DNA of 40,377 bases from Promethearchaeota archaeon Loki_b31 (GTDB taxonomy: Archaea; Asgardarchaeota; Lokiarchaeia; Sigyniarchaeales; SOKP01), in the NCBI GenBank assembly GCA_005222975.1, contig NJBI01000033.1, positions 1 to 40,377 of the forward strand, read 5' to 3'. Positions within the stretch are counted from its first letter, which is position 1; each line of letters starts with the position of its first letter. The translations under genes were made by a program, and so were the position numbers. The notes under the pieces are model-generated. The model saw only the letters and a list, made by a program, of their open reading frames with translations, was not told where the DNA came from and ran no database searches. This document shows positions 1 through 8,543 of the stretch, piece by piece.

Positions 1-308
1 TTTAAAATTATTTCAGGAATGTTTACACCAACATTATCCTTGGTCATTGGGCAGTATTCCATACATAATCCACAAGTCAAGCATTGCCAAATATTGTGTT
101 TCTCTAATACTTCTTCAGGGGGTAAAAATGTTAAATCAGTGATCAAATCCCTTGGATGAAATATATCTAGATAAGATACAGGACATACATTCACGCATCT
201 ATTACAATTAAAGCAATAATTTGCTGTTGCTCTAATCTTTTCAATAAACTCCCTTGAAATTATCTTTTTATCTTTTTTATGAATACCTTTATCAGTAGAT
301 TCGGTCAT
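1..308 (-). CDS. Partial 2x[4Fe-4S] protein, heterodisulfide reductase subunit C-like (runs off the window start)
   Basis: Not in the ORF track. Manual translation from the ATG at 308 gives MTESTDKG...NYCFNCNRCVNVCP...HPR...NIWQCLTCGLCMEYCP, two CxxCxxCxxxCP motifs with the HdrC-type IWxCxTC context. Confidence 0.75.
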   Translation of the reverse strand, partial: MTESTDKGIHKKDKKIISREFIEKIRATANYCFNCNRCVNVCPVSYLDIFHPRDLITDLTFLPPEEVLEKHNIWQCLTCGLCMEYCPMTKDNVGVNIPEIIL

Positions 309-579
309 TTTTCCAAAATAAACGTAATTCTCCTTTATTATTATAATTAATTCAGAATTTTATATGGAATTATTTTAAAAATAAATAAATCATATTAAAA
401 ACCAATAAATTAATTTTAGACAAAATTTTAAATGTGAAAATATGGGAATTTTTTATTGATATCTAAAAATATTCCATTTCTGATTTTTGATCTATCATAA
501 GAAATTAATTATCAAAAAAAATGAAAAGTTTTATAATAAAAATAGTTTATTTATTACAATATTGGGGAAGGGATAATAA

Positions 580-1284
580 TTGCTTCTATTGGAAATGGAT
601 TTAGCTAGATTCATACAAATTTATATCGTCCAAGGATTAATTGGATTGTTTTATATTTATATGTCTTACAAAGTTCTTAGAAGAGACAAGAAAAATCTTC
701 ACCTTGCTTTATGTGGATTTTATGTCTGTGTGGGCTTAGGAGTTTTAATAAATATAATTTATGCGTCTATTTTTGATGAAACTCTTGTACGTCTACTTCA
801 TTTTATGACTTATTTCTTATTTTGTTTTTGTCAGGTGTTCTTACTAATCTTTGTATTAATTCTTACTAAATCTGAGAATATTATTACTCTAAGAATCCAA
901 CTCATTTTAATAAGCTCTTTTGGTCTACTTTTATCGGTATTATGGTTTATCCCGAATGGAATTACTATTAATGAAACCACAAATTGGAAACCTGTATGGA
1001 GCTGGGAATTTTTAATTTATTCTTATATTGTCTGCACTCTGTTTACGTTTGGACCTTTAATATACTATTCGGGAAAGATTTATTTTAAATTTGAGACCAT
1101 GGAATTAAGAAAAAAATGGATATGTTTTATAATAGGTATAATGGCGTACTATTTTGTTTATTATGGAACTTCTCTATCAAATACCTTAAATGATTCGACA
1201 TTCAGACTGATATGGTCAATTATCTCTCTAATTGCCATTCCTACAACTTATTTAATTTATTACGGTGTAGGGCGGGAGTTATAA
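580..1284 (+). CDS. Stand-alone 7-TM membrane protein (HisKA_7TM/GPCR-clan-like), paralogue 1
   Basis: Seven hydrophobic segments with basic loops 1, 3 and 5. Shares FIPNG..IN..T.WKPVWSW, LSNTLN and LIYYGVGR with the next gene. TTG start, with an alternative ATG at codon 6. Confidence 0.7.
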   Translation: MLLLEMDLARFIQIYIVQGLIGLFYIYMSYKVLRRDKKNLHLALCGFYVCVGLGVLINIIYASIFDETLVRLLHFMTYFLFCFCQVFLLIFVLILTKSENIITLRIQLILISSFGLLLSVLWFIPNGITINETTNWKPVWSWEFLIYSYIVCTLFTFGPLIYYSGKIYFKFETMELRKKWICFIIGIMAYYFVYYGTSLSNTLNDSTFRLIWSIISLIAIPTTYLIYYGVGREL

Positions 1285-1496
1285 TAAGTAAATATAGCTC
1301 TGCGTTTGTTTACATTTAAAGTAAATATAAGGCAAATACAGTATTAGAAATGATTTAAATTATTACTAAAATCTATTATTTAAAATTTGAAATTAGTAGT
1401 GCTTAAGTTTTTAATACATTATTGAAATATATTATTAAAAAAAATATTGTATTTTTTTAAAAACTATAAAAGTTAATTAAACAGAAGTGTGAATCT

Positions 1497-2210
1497 ATGG
1501 TATTATATCAGTTAGATACAACTAGAATTATTCAAGTTTATATTCTTCAAGGCACTGTTGGATTTTTTTTTCTATTTTTAGCATATAGGATTCTTAAACG
1601 AGATACAAAACGATTAAATTTAATGTTAAGTTTAGGGTATATAACTGCTTCGATCGGAATATTCATAAATTTCATTTATGCCCCTCTTACTAATGAAGCA
1701 ATTGTTTTAGTACTATATTATATGACAATTTTTTTCATGTTTCTATTTGCTGCTTTTTTTTTGGTTTTTCTTTTAATTTTGCTAAAGTCGGAGAAGGTTT
1801 TTACTCCAAAAAAGCAATTGGTGTTAATTATCATATATGGCGTAGCCGAACTGTGCAGTTTTTTTATTCCGAACGGAGTTATCATTAATGCTAGTACAGA
1901 TTGGAAACCTGTTTGGAGCTGGTTTATGTTTATTTATTTTGTAACGGTAATCGTAAGTTTAGGAATGGCTCCATCTTTATACATTTCATCAAAAATTTAT
2001 CAACAATTTGATGATGACCAATTAAAGAGAAAATGGAAATTTTTCATCGTAGGAATATGCGGAATATACACCTTTGCTATAGGAACTTTACTTTCTAATA
2101 CATTAAACATTCAAACTTTCAGGACCATATGGAGCTTATTCGCATTTATCCTAGTAATAATATCACCGTTGCTTATTTATTATGGTGTAGGACGACAAAT
2201 AGAGAAATAA
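1497..2210 (+). CDS. Stand-alone 7-TM membrane protein, paralogue 2
   Basis: Colinear with 580..1284 over its full length, with seven TM segments and no cytoplasmic domain after TM7. Confidence 0.7.
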   Translation: MVLYQLDTTRIIQVYILQGTVGFFFLFLAYRILKRDTKRLNLMLSLGYITASIGIFINFIYAPLTNEAIVLVLYYMTIFFMFLFAAFFLVFLLILLKSEKVFTPKKQLVLIIIYGVAELCSFFIPNGVIINASTDWKPVWSWFMFIYFVTVIVSLGMAPSLYISSKIYQQFDDDQLKRKWKFFIVGICGIYTFAIGTLLSNTLNIQTFRTIWSLFAFILVIISPLLIYYGVGRQIEK

Positions 2211-2242
2211 GTATATTTTTATTTTATTTTTTTTATCTTAAA

Positions 2243-2256
2243 CTTGACTTTCAAAG
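2243..2256 (+). repeat. IS terminal inverted repeat (transposase 3' side)
   Basis: CTTGACTTTCAAAG is the exact reverse complement of 4357-4370. Confidence 0.9.
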
Positions 2257-2323
2257 TTAAATTCTATAATATGATCTTATGGCTTCTAATTAAAGAATTT
2301 TTTTTTTTTGCCACTACTTAAAA

Positions 2324-4039
2324 TTATTTTCCCTTAAATCGGTTCAAGTCTAAGATCTTGAACAATTTGCGTTGCAAGGGAGACATCTGGGTAAGAAGCA
2401 CATCGGGAGGGCCTTTATCATCATAATATAACCGAATTTCTTTTATATCTTCCAAGGCTTCAAAACAAATATCTTTAGAGTCAGGAATGCCAGCTAATTG
2501 TATCTTTCGATAGAGTAAATTGGAAAGAAGCAAGGCTAACACGCTAATGAACATATGCACTCTTATCATCTCATTTGTCCAGACGTACATAGGCATTACG
2601 CTGATCCTACCTCTTTTATTCAACTCCTTGAATTGCCGTTCCACGTCGATTTGCGCTCGATATGTCTTAACGATTTCCAAGGTACTCCATTCATTCCTGT
2701 TGGAAAAAATGATGGATTTCCCGAGATTCTTCAAATATTCTTCTCGAGCAGTCTCATCAATTCTCCACGTTAATTCTAATTCTGAACCATTGTGTATTCT
2801 TTCAATAGATATGACGATGATTGAGCGTAATTTCTTGGTTTTAAGAATGTCTCGCTCGATTTTGGTCACCACACTTTTAGGATCCTTCCATTGTGGCTTA
2901 GTATTCAACTGGACCTTGATAAATTCCTTCAATTTCAAAATTGCCTTATAAATACTCTCGTCAAGGTTATATTCCTGTAAGGCAAACGTATCTTCGTCAA
3001 AGGTTGCAATTAAAGTATTTTGTTTGCCCTTACCGAGATATGCCGTCGTTGTAGTTCGATACCCGAATACTTTTCGTCCGTTCTTTTTCGTCCATAATTC
3101 CTGGTAGTCGGATAATGGCACGTCCAAGATAGGTTTCGAGATATTCATTGAAGGGCGGATGCTACTCACGAAATGGATGTGTTTAGAATCCAAGAACTTA
3201 TATGCGTCCTTTGAATTATTTCCCTTGTCAAAGACTAACGTGATCTTGGGTAATTCGAGTCCGATGGTTTTAAAACGTCGTTCCATGAGGGTGAGCACCT
3301 GCTTGAAGTGTGTCACGTCGGGAACATTTCCTTCGTAGGTTTCGTGCATTACCGGCATGTTATACTCGTCTCGGGTCACCAATAAGGACATGGAAACCTG
3401 TCGCAGGTCATTTCTCTTTTTCTTGTTATGTCCCCGTTGAGCGATGGTGTTTTTCTTGTATTCTCGAATATAAGTAAAGAAATTAGTCGGATCAAACAAG
3501 AAACAATCCGATTTTAACCCGAACTCGGAATACAATTTCTTGCAGATTATTTCTTCGACTTGCCTTATAGTTTCCTGGTCTAAATATCCCATCTGGTTCA
3601 AAATGTTTTGCGTAGTCAAAGACTCCGGAATATCTGGAAAATATCGTGAGAGCGCCGTCTTATCAAACCATTTCTGGACTTGGCTCTTGGAATTCAACGC
3701 AACTGCGCGATTTATCGCGAGTAATGTGATATATTCCCCGACCGGAAAACCCTGTTCTCGTTTTATCGTACATTCGTTAGAAATTTCAATCAAATCGAGC
3801 TCTTTAGAAATTGAATATAGAGCATATACTAAACCAAATGCAAATTGTTGGGGTATAGGGGGCTTTTTAGAAAACCTCCGTTTTATTTCGGGAAGCATTT
3901 CGTTTATTTTATCCTTTCTGCCGATATTAATCTCCCAAACCCGCTTAGATTTTCCATTCTCGTAAACATTATGCCCTAAGCAAATATAGGTATATTTCCC
4001 ATATTTTGTCCTTACATTTTTTTCAAAAACAAATACCAT
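2324..4039 (-). CDS. IS1634-family DDE transposase
   Basis: 571 aa with FDPTNFFTY, RGHNKKKRNDLRQV, YEGNVPD, VFDKGNNS and Y..Q.DVERQFKELN...P..V.T...IRVH motifs typical of IS1634 transposases. Confidence 0.9.
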   Translation of the reverse strand: MVFVFEKNVRTKYGKYTYICLGHNVYENGKSKRVWEINIGRKDKINEMLPEIKRRFSKKPPIPQQFAFGLVYALYSISKELDLIEISNECTIKREQGFPVGEYITLLAINRAVALNSKSQVQKWFDKTALSRYFPDIPESLTTQNILNQMGYLDQETIRQVEEIICKKLYSEFGLKSDCFLFDPTNFFTYIREYKKNTIAQRGHNKKKRNDLRQVSMSLLVTRDEYNMPVMHETYEGNVPDVTHFKQVLTLMERRFKTIGLELPKITLVFDKGNNSKDAYKFLDSKHIHFVSSIRPSMNISKPILDVPLSDYQELWTKKNGRKVFGYRTTTTAYLGKGKQNTLIATFDEDTFALQEYNLDESIYKAILKLKEFIKVQLNTKPQWKDPKSVVTKIERDILKTKKLRSIIVISIERIHNGSELELTWRIDETAREEYLKNLGKSIIFSNRNEWSTLEIVKTYRAQIDVERQFKELNKRGRISVMPMYVWTNEMIRVHMFISVLALLLSNLLYRKIQLAGIPDSKDICFEALEDIKEIRLYYDDKGPPDVLLTQMSPLQRKLFKILDLNRFKGK

Positions 4040-4356
4040 ATATAATAATTGTTACTATTTATTTATATAATTTTTGGTATCATTAATGTTAACCTTTTAA
4101 TATTTAGAAGAAAGATTGTACCATATACTTAGATTAATGGTTATATTGTTTTATTATTAATCCACGATGACATTTGGGAAAAAATGCTAAATAACAGATA
4201 AGAAATTAGTTAAGTTACTGATTGAGTTTTGTCGGAAGTTTGCGTTAACTACAATGATTTTAAATTTAGGTGTAAAAACTTGTTAAAATGGGACAATCAT
4301 TTAAAATCCAGACAAAATTTATTTGAAAGGAAAAATAAAAACTAGTGATCTTATAT

Positions 4357-4370
4357 CTTTGAAAGTCAAG
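4357..4370 (-). repeat. IS terminal inverted repeat (transposase 5' side)
   Basis: CTTTGAAAGTCAAG is the exact reverse complement of 2243-2256. Confidence 0.9.
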
Positions 4371-4461
4371 AATTAGCATAAAAATAAATAAAAAAAATAA
4401 GATTTATAATTTAATTTTAGAGATTGTTAATTAATAAAAAAATATTAAAAATTTAGTAAAT

Positions 4462-5406
4462 ATGACGATAGATAAGCGCGAAATAAATGAATTTAAACTA
4501 GTTATCGCTGGTTTAGACAATGCCGGAAAAAGTAGTGCGTTAATTGCTTTAAGAAAAAAATATAACTTTTACGAACGGGTAAAAAATCTAAAGCCTACAA
4601 TAAAAATAGATTATAGTTCTTTTAAATTCCTAGAAACCTATCGAATTAATCTCTGGGATATGGGTGGCCAGAAGAAATTCAGAAAAATATACATAAGTAA
4701 TCCCATATATTTTACTGAAACAAATTATATTTATTATCTTATAGATATTCAAGATGAAATCAAATTCGAGAAATCTGTAAAATATCTTCATGATTTATTA
4801 AATATTTATAGAGATTTGGATTATTCCAACGAAGTCATAATATGTTTCAATAAATATGATCCAAAGTTTAAATACAGTGAAGATTTTTTCGATCGAGCAG
4901 AAATGATTAAAAATTTAATTTTATCCCAAAATAAAGATATGAAATTTAAATTCTTTGACACATCTTACTACGACATTTCATCAATTTCGAAAGCAATTTC
5001 TTATTCTTTGGATAAATTATTAAATTTAGAAGTAATTGATATAGGATTAAGTAAAATTGTTAATCAGTTTAGTTGTAGTTATGCAATTTTATACACCGCA
5101 TCAGGACTTATCATATCTGATCATTACATGGATGTTATGGATATAAGAGCTTTTGAAGAGAAAATTAGTAGTAGAATTAACGAAGATCTTGAATTTTTTC
5201 AGAGATTAAAAGACGAAGATGTTAAAATAGACGATAGAGTAGCATTATCCGAGGATAGAACGGAATATGTAAAAAGGTATTCAATAATCTCTGGTAATAT
5301 AGAAAATATATTTTATATAGGAATAAGTGCTCCAACAAGTAAAATTAATGAAATCAAGATAGAATTAGAAAAATTTCGTAAGATCCTACTATCTGCTTTC
5401 ATGTAG
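4462..5406 (+). CDS. Arf/Rag-like small GTPase with C-terminal roadblock/longin-like domain
   Basis: G1 GLDNAGKS, G2 PT, G3 WDMGGQ, G4 NKYD, G5 TS, followed by a ~125-aa extension containing YAILYTASGLIISD (roadblock-like beta hairpin). Confidence 0.8.
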   Translation: MTIDKREINEFKLVIAGLDNAGKSSALIALRKKYNFYERVKNLKPTIKIDYSSFKFLETYRINLWDMGGQKKFRKIYISNPIYFTETNYIYYLIDIQDEIKFEKSVKYLHDLLNIYRDLDYSNEVIICFNKYDPKFKYSEDFFDRAEMIKNLILSQNKDMKFKFFDTSYYDISSISKAISYSLDKLLNLEVIDIGLSKIVNQFSCSYAILYTASGLIISDHYMDVMDIRAFEEKISSRINEDLEFFQRLKDEDVKIDDRVALSEDRTEYVKRYSIISGNIENIFYIGISAPTSKINEIKIELEKFRKILLSAFM

Positions 5407-5489
5407 TTTAAAAGAAGATATTATAACTTTATCTTATTTCAAATAAAACCTTTTTTTACTCCTTTTTAATTTGTAATTTATTAGAGTTG

Positions 5490-5553
5490 TAGAATGATAG
5501 AGCGGCAGCCCGTACAGTTATTATTAGACATTCAAATCTCCCCTCTATTCCTA
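5490..5553. other. Possible structured RNA element in the GTPase-panB intergenic region
   Basis: GC-enriched island. ATAGAGCGG (5497-5505) pairs with CCCCTCTAT (5540-5548) at 8 of 9 positions, and a T-run follows. Confidence 0.3.
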
Positions 5554-5627
5554 ATTTTTTTATACTTTCTAATTAAATGCTTATAAATAAACAAAACATT
5601 TTTCTAAAGTATGGGGTTACTTCATAT

Positions 5628-6515
5628 ATGGCGCTACAAAAAATAACTGCTAAAAAAATAATTGAAAAAAAAAAAAGCGGGGAAAAAATAGTAACTATTA
5701 CATCATATGATTATTCATTTGCCAAAATCGTTGATGATTGCGGAATTGATTTAATTCTCGTAGGCGATTCTCTTTCCATGGTAGTGCTTGGGTATAAGAA
5801 CACATTATCAGTTACGATGGACGAGATGATTCACCATACTAAAGCAGTGGCACGTGGAGTTTCGAATGCTATGATAGTTGCGGATATGCCTTTTTTATCG
5901 TACAAGATTGATATTATAAGAGCTGTGAAAAACGCTGGAAGGTTTATTCAAGAAGGTGGCGCTGAAGCCGTAAAAGTTGAGGGCGGGACAAAGATATGTC
6001 CTACGATAAAAGCAATTATTGATGCAGATATACAAGTGATGGGGCATATTGGGCTTACGCCTCAAGCTATATATGAATTTGGCGGTTTCCTAGTTCAAGG
6101 AAAAACAGTAGAAGCCGCAAAAAAGTTAATAATTGATGCTAAAAATTTAGAAAAAACGGGTGTTTTTTCTATAGTGTTAGAAAGCATTCCTTGGCAAATT
6201 GCCAAATTAATAACAAAAACTGTGAATATCCCTACTATTGGTATTGGTGCGGGGTCTTATTGTGATGGTCAAATCTTAGTTATAAATGATATGTTAGGGC
6301 TTTTTACTGACTTTAAGCCAAAATTTCTCAAATATTTTGCTGATATTGGAAGCTCAGTCCGAAGTGCTTTAGAAAGTTATAAAAATGAGGTAGAAAAGGG
6401 ATTATACCCCGATAAAGAACATTCTTACGACTTTCCATATCAAGACTTGGATGAGATTAATAAATGGTTTGAAAGCGTTGAAATCGAGGAAGAATCTAAT
6501 AAAATACAGGAATAA
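5628..6515 (+). CDS. panB: 3-methyl-2-oxobutanoate hydroxymethyltransferase
   Basis: TSYDY, LVGDSL, DMPFLSY, VKVEGG, MGHIGLTPQ and IGIGAG..CDGQILV..D motifs. Likely start is MALQKIT at 5628 rather than 5577. Confidence 0.95.
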   Translation: MALQKITAKKIIEKKKSGEKIVTITSYDYSFAKIVDDCGIDLILVGDSLSMVVLGYKNTLSVTMDEMIHHTKAVARGVSNAMIVADMPFLSYKIDIIRAVKNAGRFIQEGGAEAVKVEGGTKICPTIKAIIDADIQVMGHIGLTPQAIYEFGGFLVQGKTVEAAKKLIIDAKNLEKTGVFSIVLESIPWQIAKLITKTVNIPTIGIGAGSYCDGQILVINDMLGLFTDFKPKFLKYFADIGSSVRSALESYKNEVEKGLYPDKEHSYDFPYQDLDEINKWFESVEIEEESNKIQE

Positions 6516-6753
6516 TTATTTAGTTTTTAGGTAAAGACCTAATTTTTTATGTTTAGAATAAAACATCTAATAAATCCTTATTCAGATCAATCTATTAACC
6601 AACACTAATTCTATAGTAAATTTAACTGAATATTTGAAATTTTTCCAAAAGTATAATTAATTAAATTTTTATTAATTATAATAATACACTGAAATTTGAT
6701 TAATGACAATAGGATAAAAAAATAATTATTAATTACAGTTATGGTAGACTGAT

Positions 6754-8517
6754 ATGGTTGAAGAGTATGATTATCTTTTTAAATCAATTGTGGTAGGAGA
6801 TGGTGGAGTTGGTAAAACTGCTTTAACTCTTCGATTTTCAAAGGGTTTCTTTACAGAAGATTACAAGATGACGATTGGAGTGGATTTCCATGTCAAAACA
6901 ATAGCAATAGAGACGGTGGAAGGGGTTATTAAGTGTAAACTTCAACTTTGGGACACAGGTGGTCAAGAACGTTTTAGTTCCATAAGACCAATGTATTATA
7001 GAGGTTCGTTAGGTACAGTATTAGTTTTTGATCTTACTAATTCTGCAAGTTTTGAACATTTACCTCAATGGATTGAAGAAGTTAGATCTAATATCAAAAC
7101 CGACATCCCTATATTACTTGTTGGGAATAAGAGTGATTTGATTGATCAAAGAGCAGTTTCAATTGAAGAAATTAGTAATTTTACAAGAGATTTTAACTTG
7201 TATTATATGGAGACTTCAGCTAAAACAGGTGATGGAGTTGGAGATTGTTTTTATATTCTTGCTTGTCTAATGATAGGACAAGGTGTACCTGAACAATTTA
7301 TCGCCAATGCAACTGTCTTTACACCAGGAGACATCCCCTCACCTCCTCCTAGCGAAACTCCTTCTGAACCTACAGACGCGTATTTAGCACCACCCGTTCC
7401 TGAGCCAATACAATCTTTTGAAACCGAACCTGAAATTGAATTTGAGGCCCCCCCCGTTCCCGAACCCACCTCCATAAAATCGACAGAACAAATGTCATCC
7501 TTCGAACCAGAACCAGAGGTTGAATATGAGGCCCCCCCCGTTCCCGAACCTGTTCCAACATTTGAACCTCAACCAGAACCAGAAATATCAATGCCCGAAC
7601 CTGAAATTGAATTTAAAACCCCTGATGAAATTTTGCTTCAAAAAGCTGAGAAATCAGAACCTGAAATACTTCCTTCAATATTTCCAGGATCCTCAACTGT
7701 TGAAAGTGAAGTTTATAAACCCCAAACAATACCATTTTCATCAAATATTCCAGTACCGGCAACTCCACCCAAGGAATTTCAAACAATTAAACCTGAAAAA
7801 TCGGAAGTAGGTTCTTCAACTGAGACACCATTTCGCGTAATTAAAAGAGAGGAACCACCCAAACCTAAACCTGCTTCTATGACATTTGAGCCTACTCCGG
7901 AACCAAAAGCAGAACCAACAAGCGTAACTCCACTTTTTCAAACCTCACTGACTCAACCCTCTTCATCAGAATCACTAATCGATTATATGCCTCAAACTAT
8001 TTTATCTAAAAAAGAAATGAAAAAACTTGCTAAAGAGAAAAAGAAACAAGAAAAAGAAAAGAAAAACCTCGAAGCTCGGGAAAAACAAGAAAAATTACTT
8101 GAGGATATGAAAAAATTAAAGAAAGGAAAGAAGGAAAAGCAAGAAAAACAAATTGAACATAAAACTTCAAAATCAATCCCTCCCACTCCTCCTTTAGACA
8201 CGACACCTGAAGCAAGTTCACTATTTCAAACACTCACTCAAAAATTTGAAGAAAATTCTTTTGATCAAAGTACTCCCTTCATACCATTTAGTGCAACCAA
8301 AAAATCTGAAGAAGAAGAAAAATCTAAACTGAGAATAATCCCTAATGTTGCGGATATTGAAAGCGAACCTAGTAAGTTTACAGCAATTACTTCCACCCAA
8401 ACTGTTCAAGAAGATAAAAAAGAGCCAAAATCTAAAGATCTCTTAGTTTGTGAACAATGTGGGGCAATTTTATCTTCTGATTATGCGTTTTGTAATAAGT
8501 GTGGTAGTAAATTGTAA
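6754..8517 (+). CDS. Rab-like small GTPase with Pro/Glu-rich linker, Lys/Glu coiled coil and C-terminal C4 zinc ribbon
   Basis: YDYLFK..VVGDGGVGKT, TIGVDF, LQLWDTGGQERF, YYRG, NKSD and ETSAK motifs; C-terminus CEQC-x10-CNKCGSKL. Confidence 0.88.
   Translation: MVEEYDYLFKSIVVGDGGVGKTALTLRFSKGFFTEDYKMTIGVDFHVKTIAIETVEGVIKCKLQLWDTGGQERFSSIRPMYYRGSLGTVLVFDLTNSASFEHLPQWIEEVRSNIKTDIPILLVGNKSDLIDQRAVSIEEISNFTRDFNLYYMETSAKTGDGVGDCFYILACLMIGQGVPEQFIANATVFTPGDIPSPPPSETPSEPTDAYLAPPVPEPIQSFETEPEIEFEAPPVPEPTSIKSTEQMSSFEPEPEVEYEAPPVPEPVPTFEPQPEPEISMPEPEIEFKTPDEILLQKAEKSEPEILPSIFPGSSTVESEVYKPQTIPFSSNIPVPATPPKEFQTIKPEKSEVGSSTETPFRVIKREEPPKPKPASMTFEPTPEPKAEPTSVTPLFQTSLTQPSSSESLIDYMPQTILSKKEMKKLAKEKKKQEKEKKNLEAREKQEKLLEDMKKLKKGKKEKQEKQIEHKTSKSIPPTPPLDTTPEASSLFQTLTQKFEENSFDQSTPFIPFSATKKSEEEEKSKLRIIPNVADIESEPSKFTAITSTQTVQEDKKEPKSKDLLVCEQCGAILSSDYAFCNKCGSKL
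7387..7614 (+). repeat. Intragenic repeats encoding EPE(I/V)E(F/Y)EAPPVPEP units
   Basis: 24-bp identical repeat TGAGGCCCCCCCCGTTCCCGAACC at 7443-7466 and 7527-7550; 20-bp identical repeat CCGAACCTGAAATTGAATTT at 7424-7443 and 7595-7614; APPVPEP occurs three times. Confidence 0.85.
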
Positions 8518-8543
8518 TTTTTATTTAATTTTAAAATAATATT

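Larger units (their letters stand above)
2243..4370 (-). mobile_element. IS1634-family insertion sequence (~2128 bp)
   Basis: Perfect 14-bp terminal inverted repeats, CTTGACTTTCAAAG (2243-2256) and CTTTGAAAGTCAAG (4357-4370), enclosing a single transposase ORF that is visibly more GC-rich than its flanks. Confidence 0.88.

Noticed and set aside
580-2210. Microbial rhodopsin or heliorhodopsin identity for the 7-TM proteins
   Set aside because: No Lys in TM7 (no DxxxK or SxxxK motif) and no RYxxW-type helix C motif.
2520-3965. Plus-strand ORFs 2520..2951, 2555..2773 and 3540..3965
   Set aside because: Antisense shadows of the transposase with no recognisable motifs.
2211-4403. Apparent longer inverted repeat from the T-rich left flank and A-rich right flank of the IS
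   Set aside because: Low-complexity terminator-like tracts, not a specific repeat.
5490-5553. SECIS element or tRNA fragment
   Set aside because: The flanking genes have no in-frame TGA, there is no properly placed AUGA/GA quartet, and no T-arm or cloverleaf.
7424-7614. CRISPR-like repeats
   Set aside because: Only two copies of each repeat, in frame within a CDS, with no cas genes or spacer pattern.
7251-8409. Short alternative-frame and antisense ORFs inside the Rab-like gene
   Set aside because: By-products of low-complexity Pro/Glu/Lys codons.
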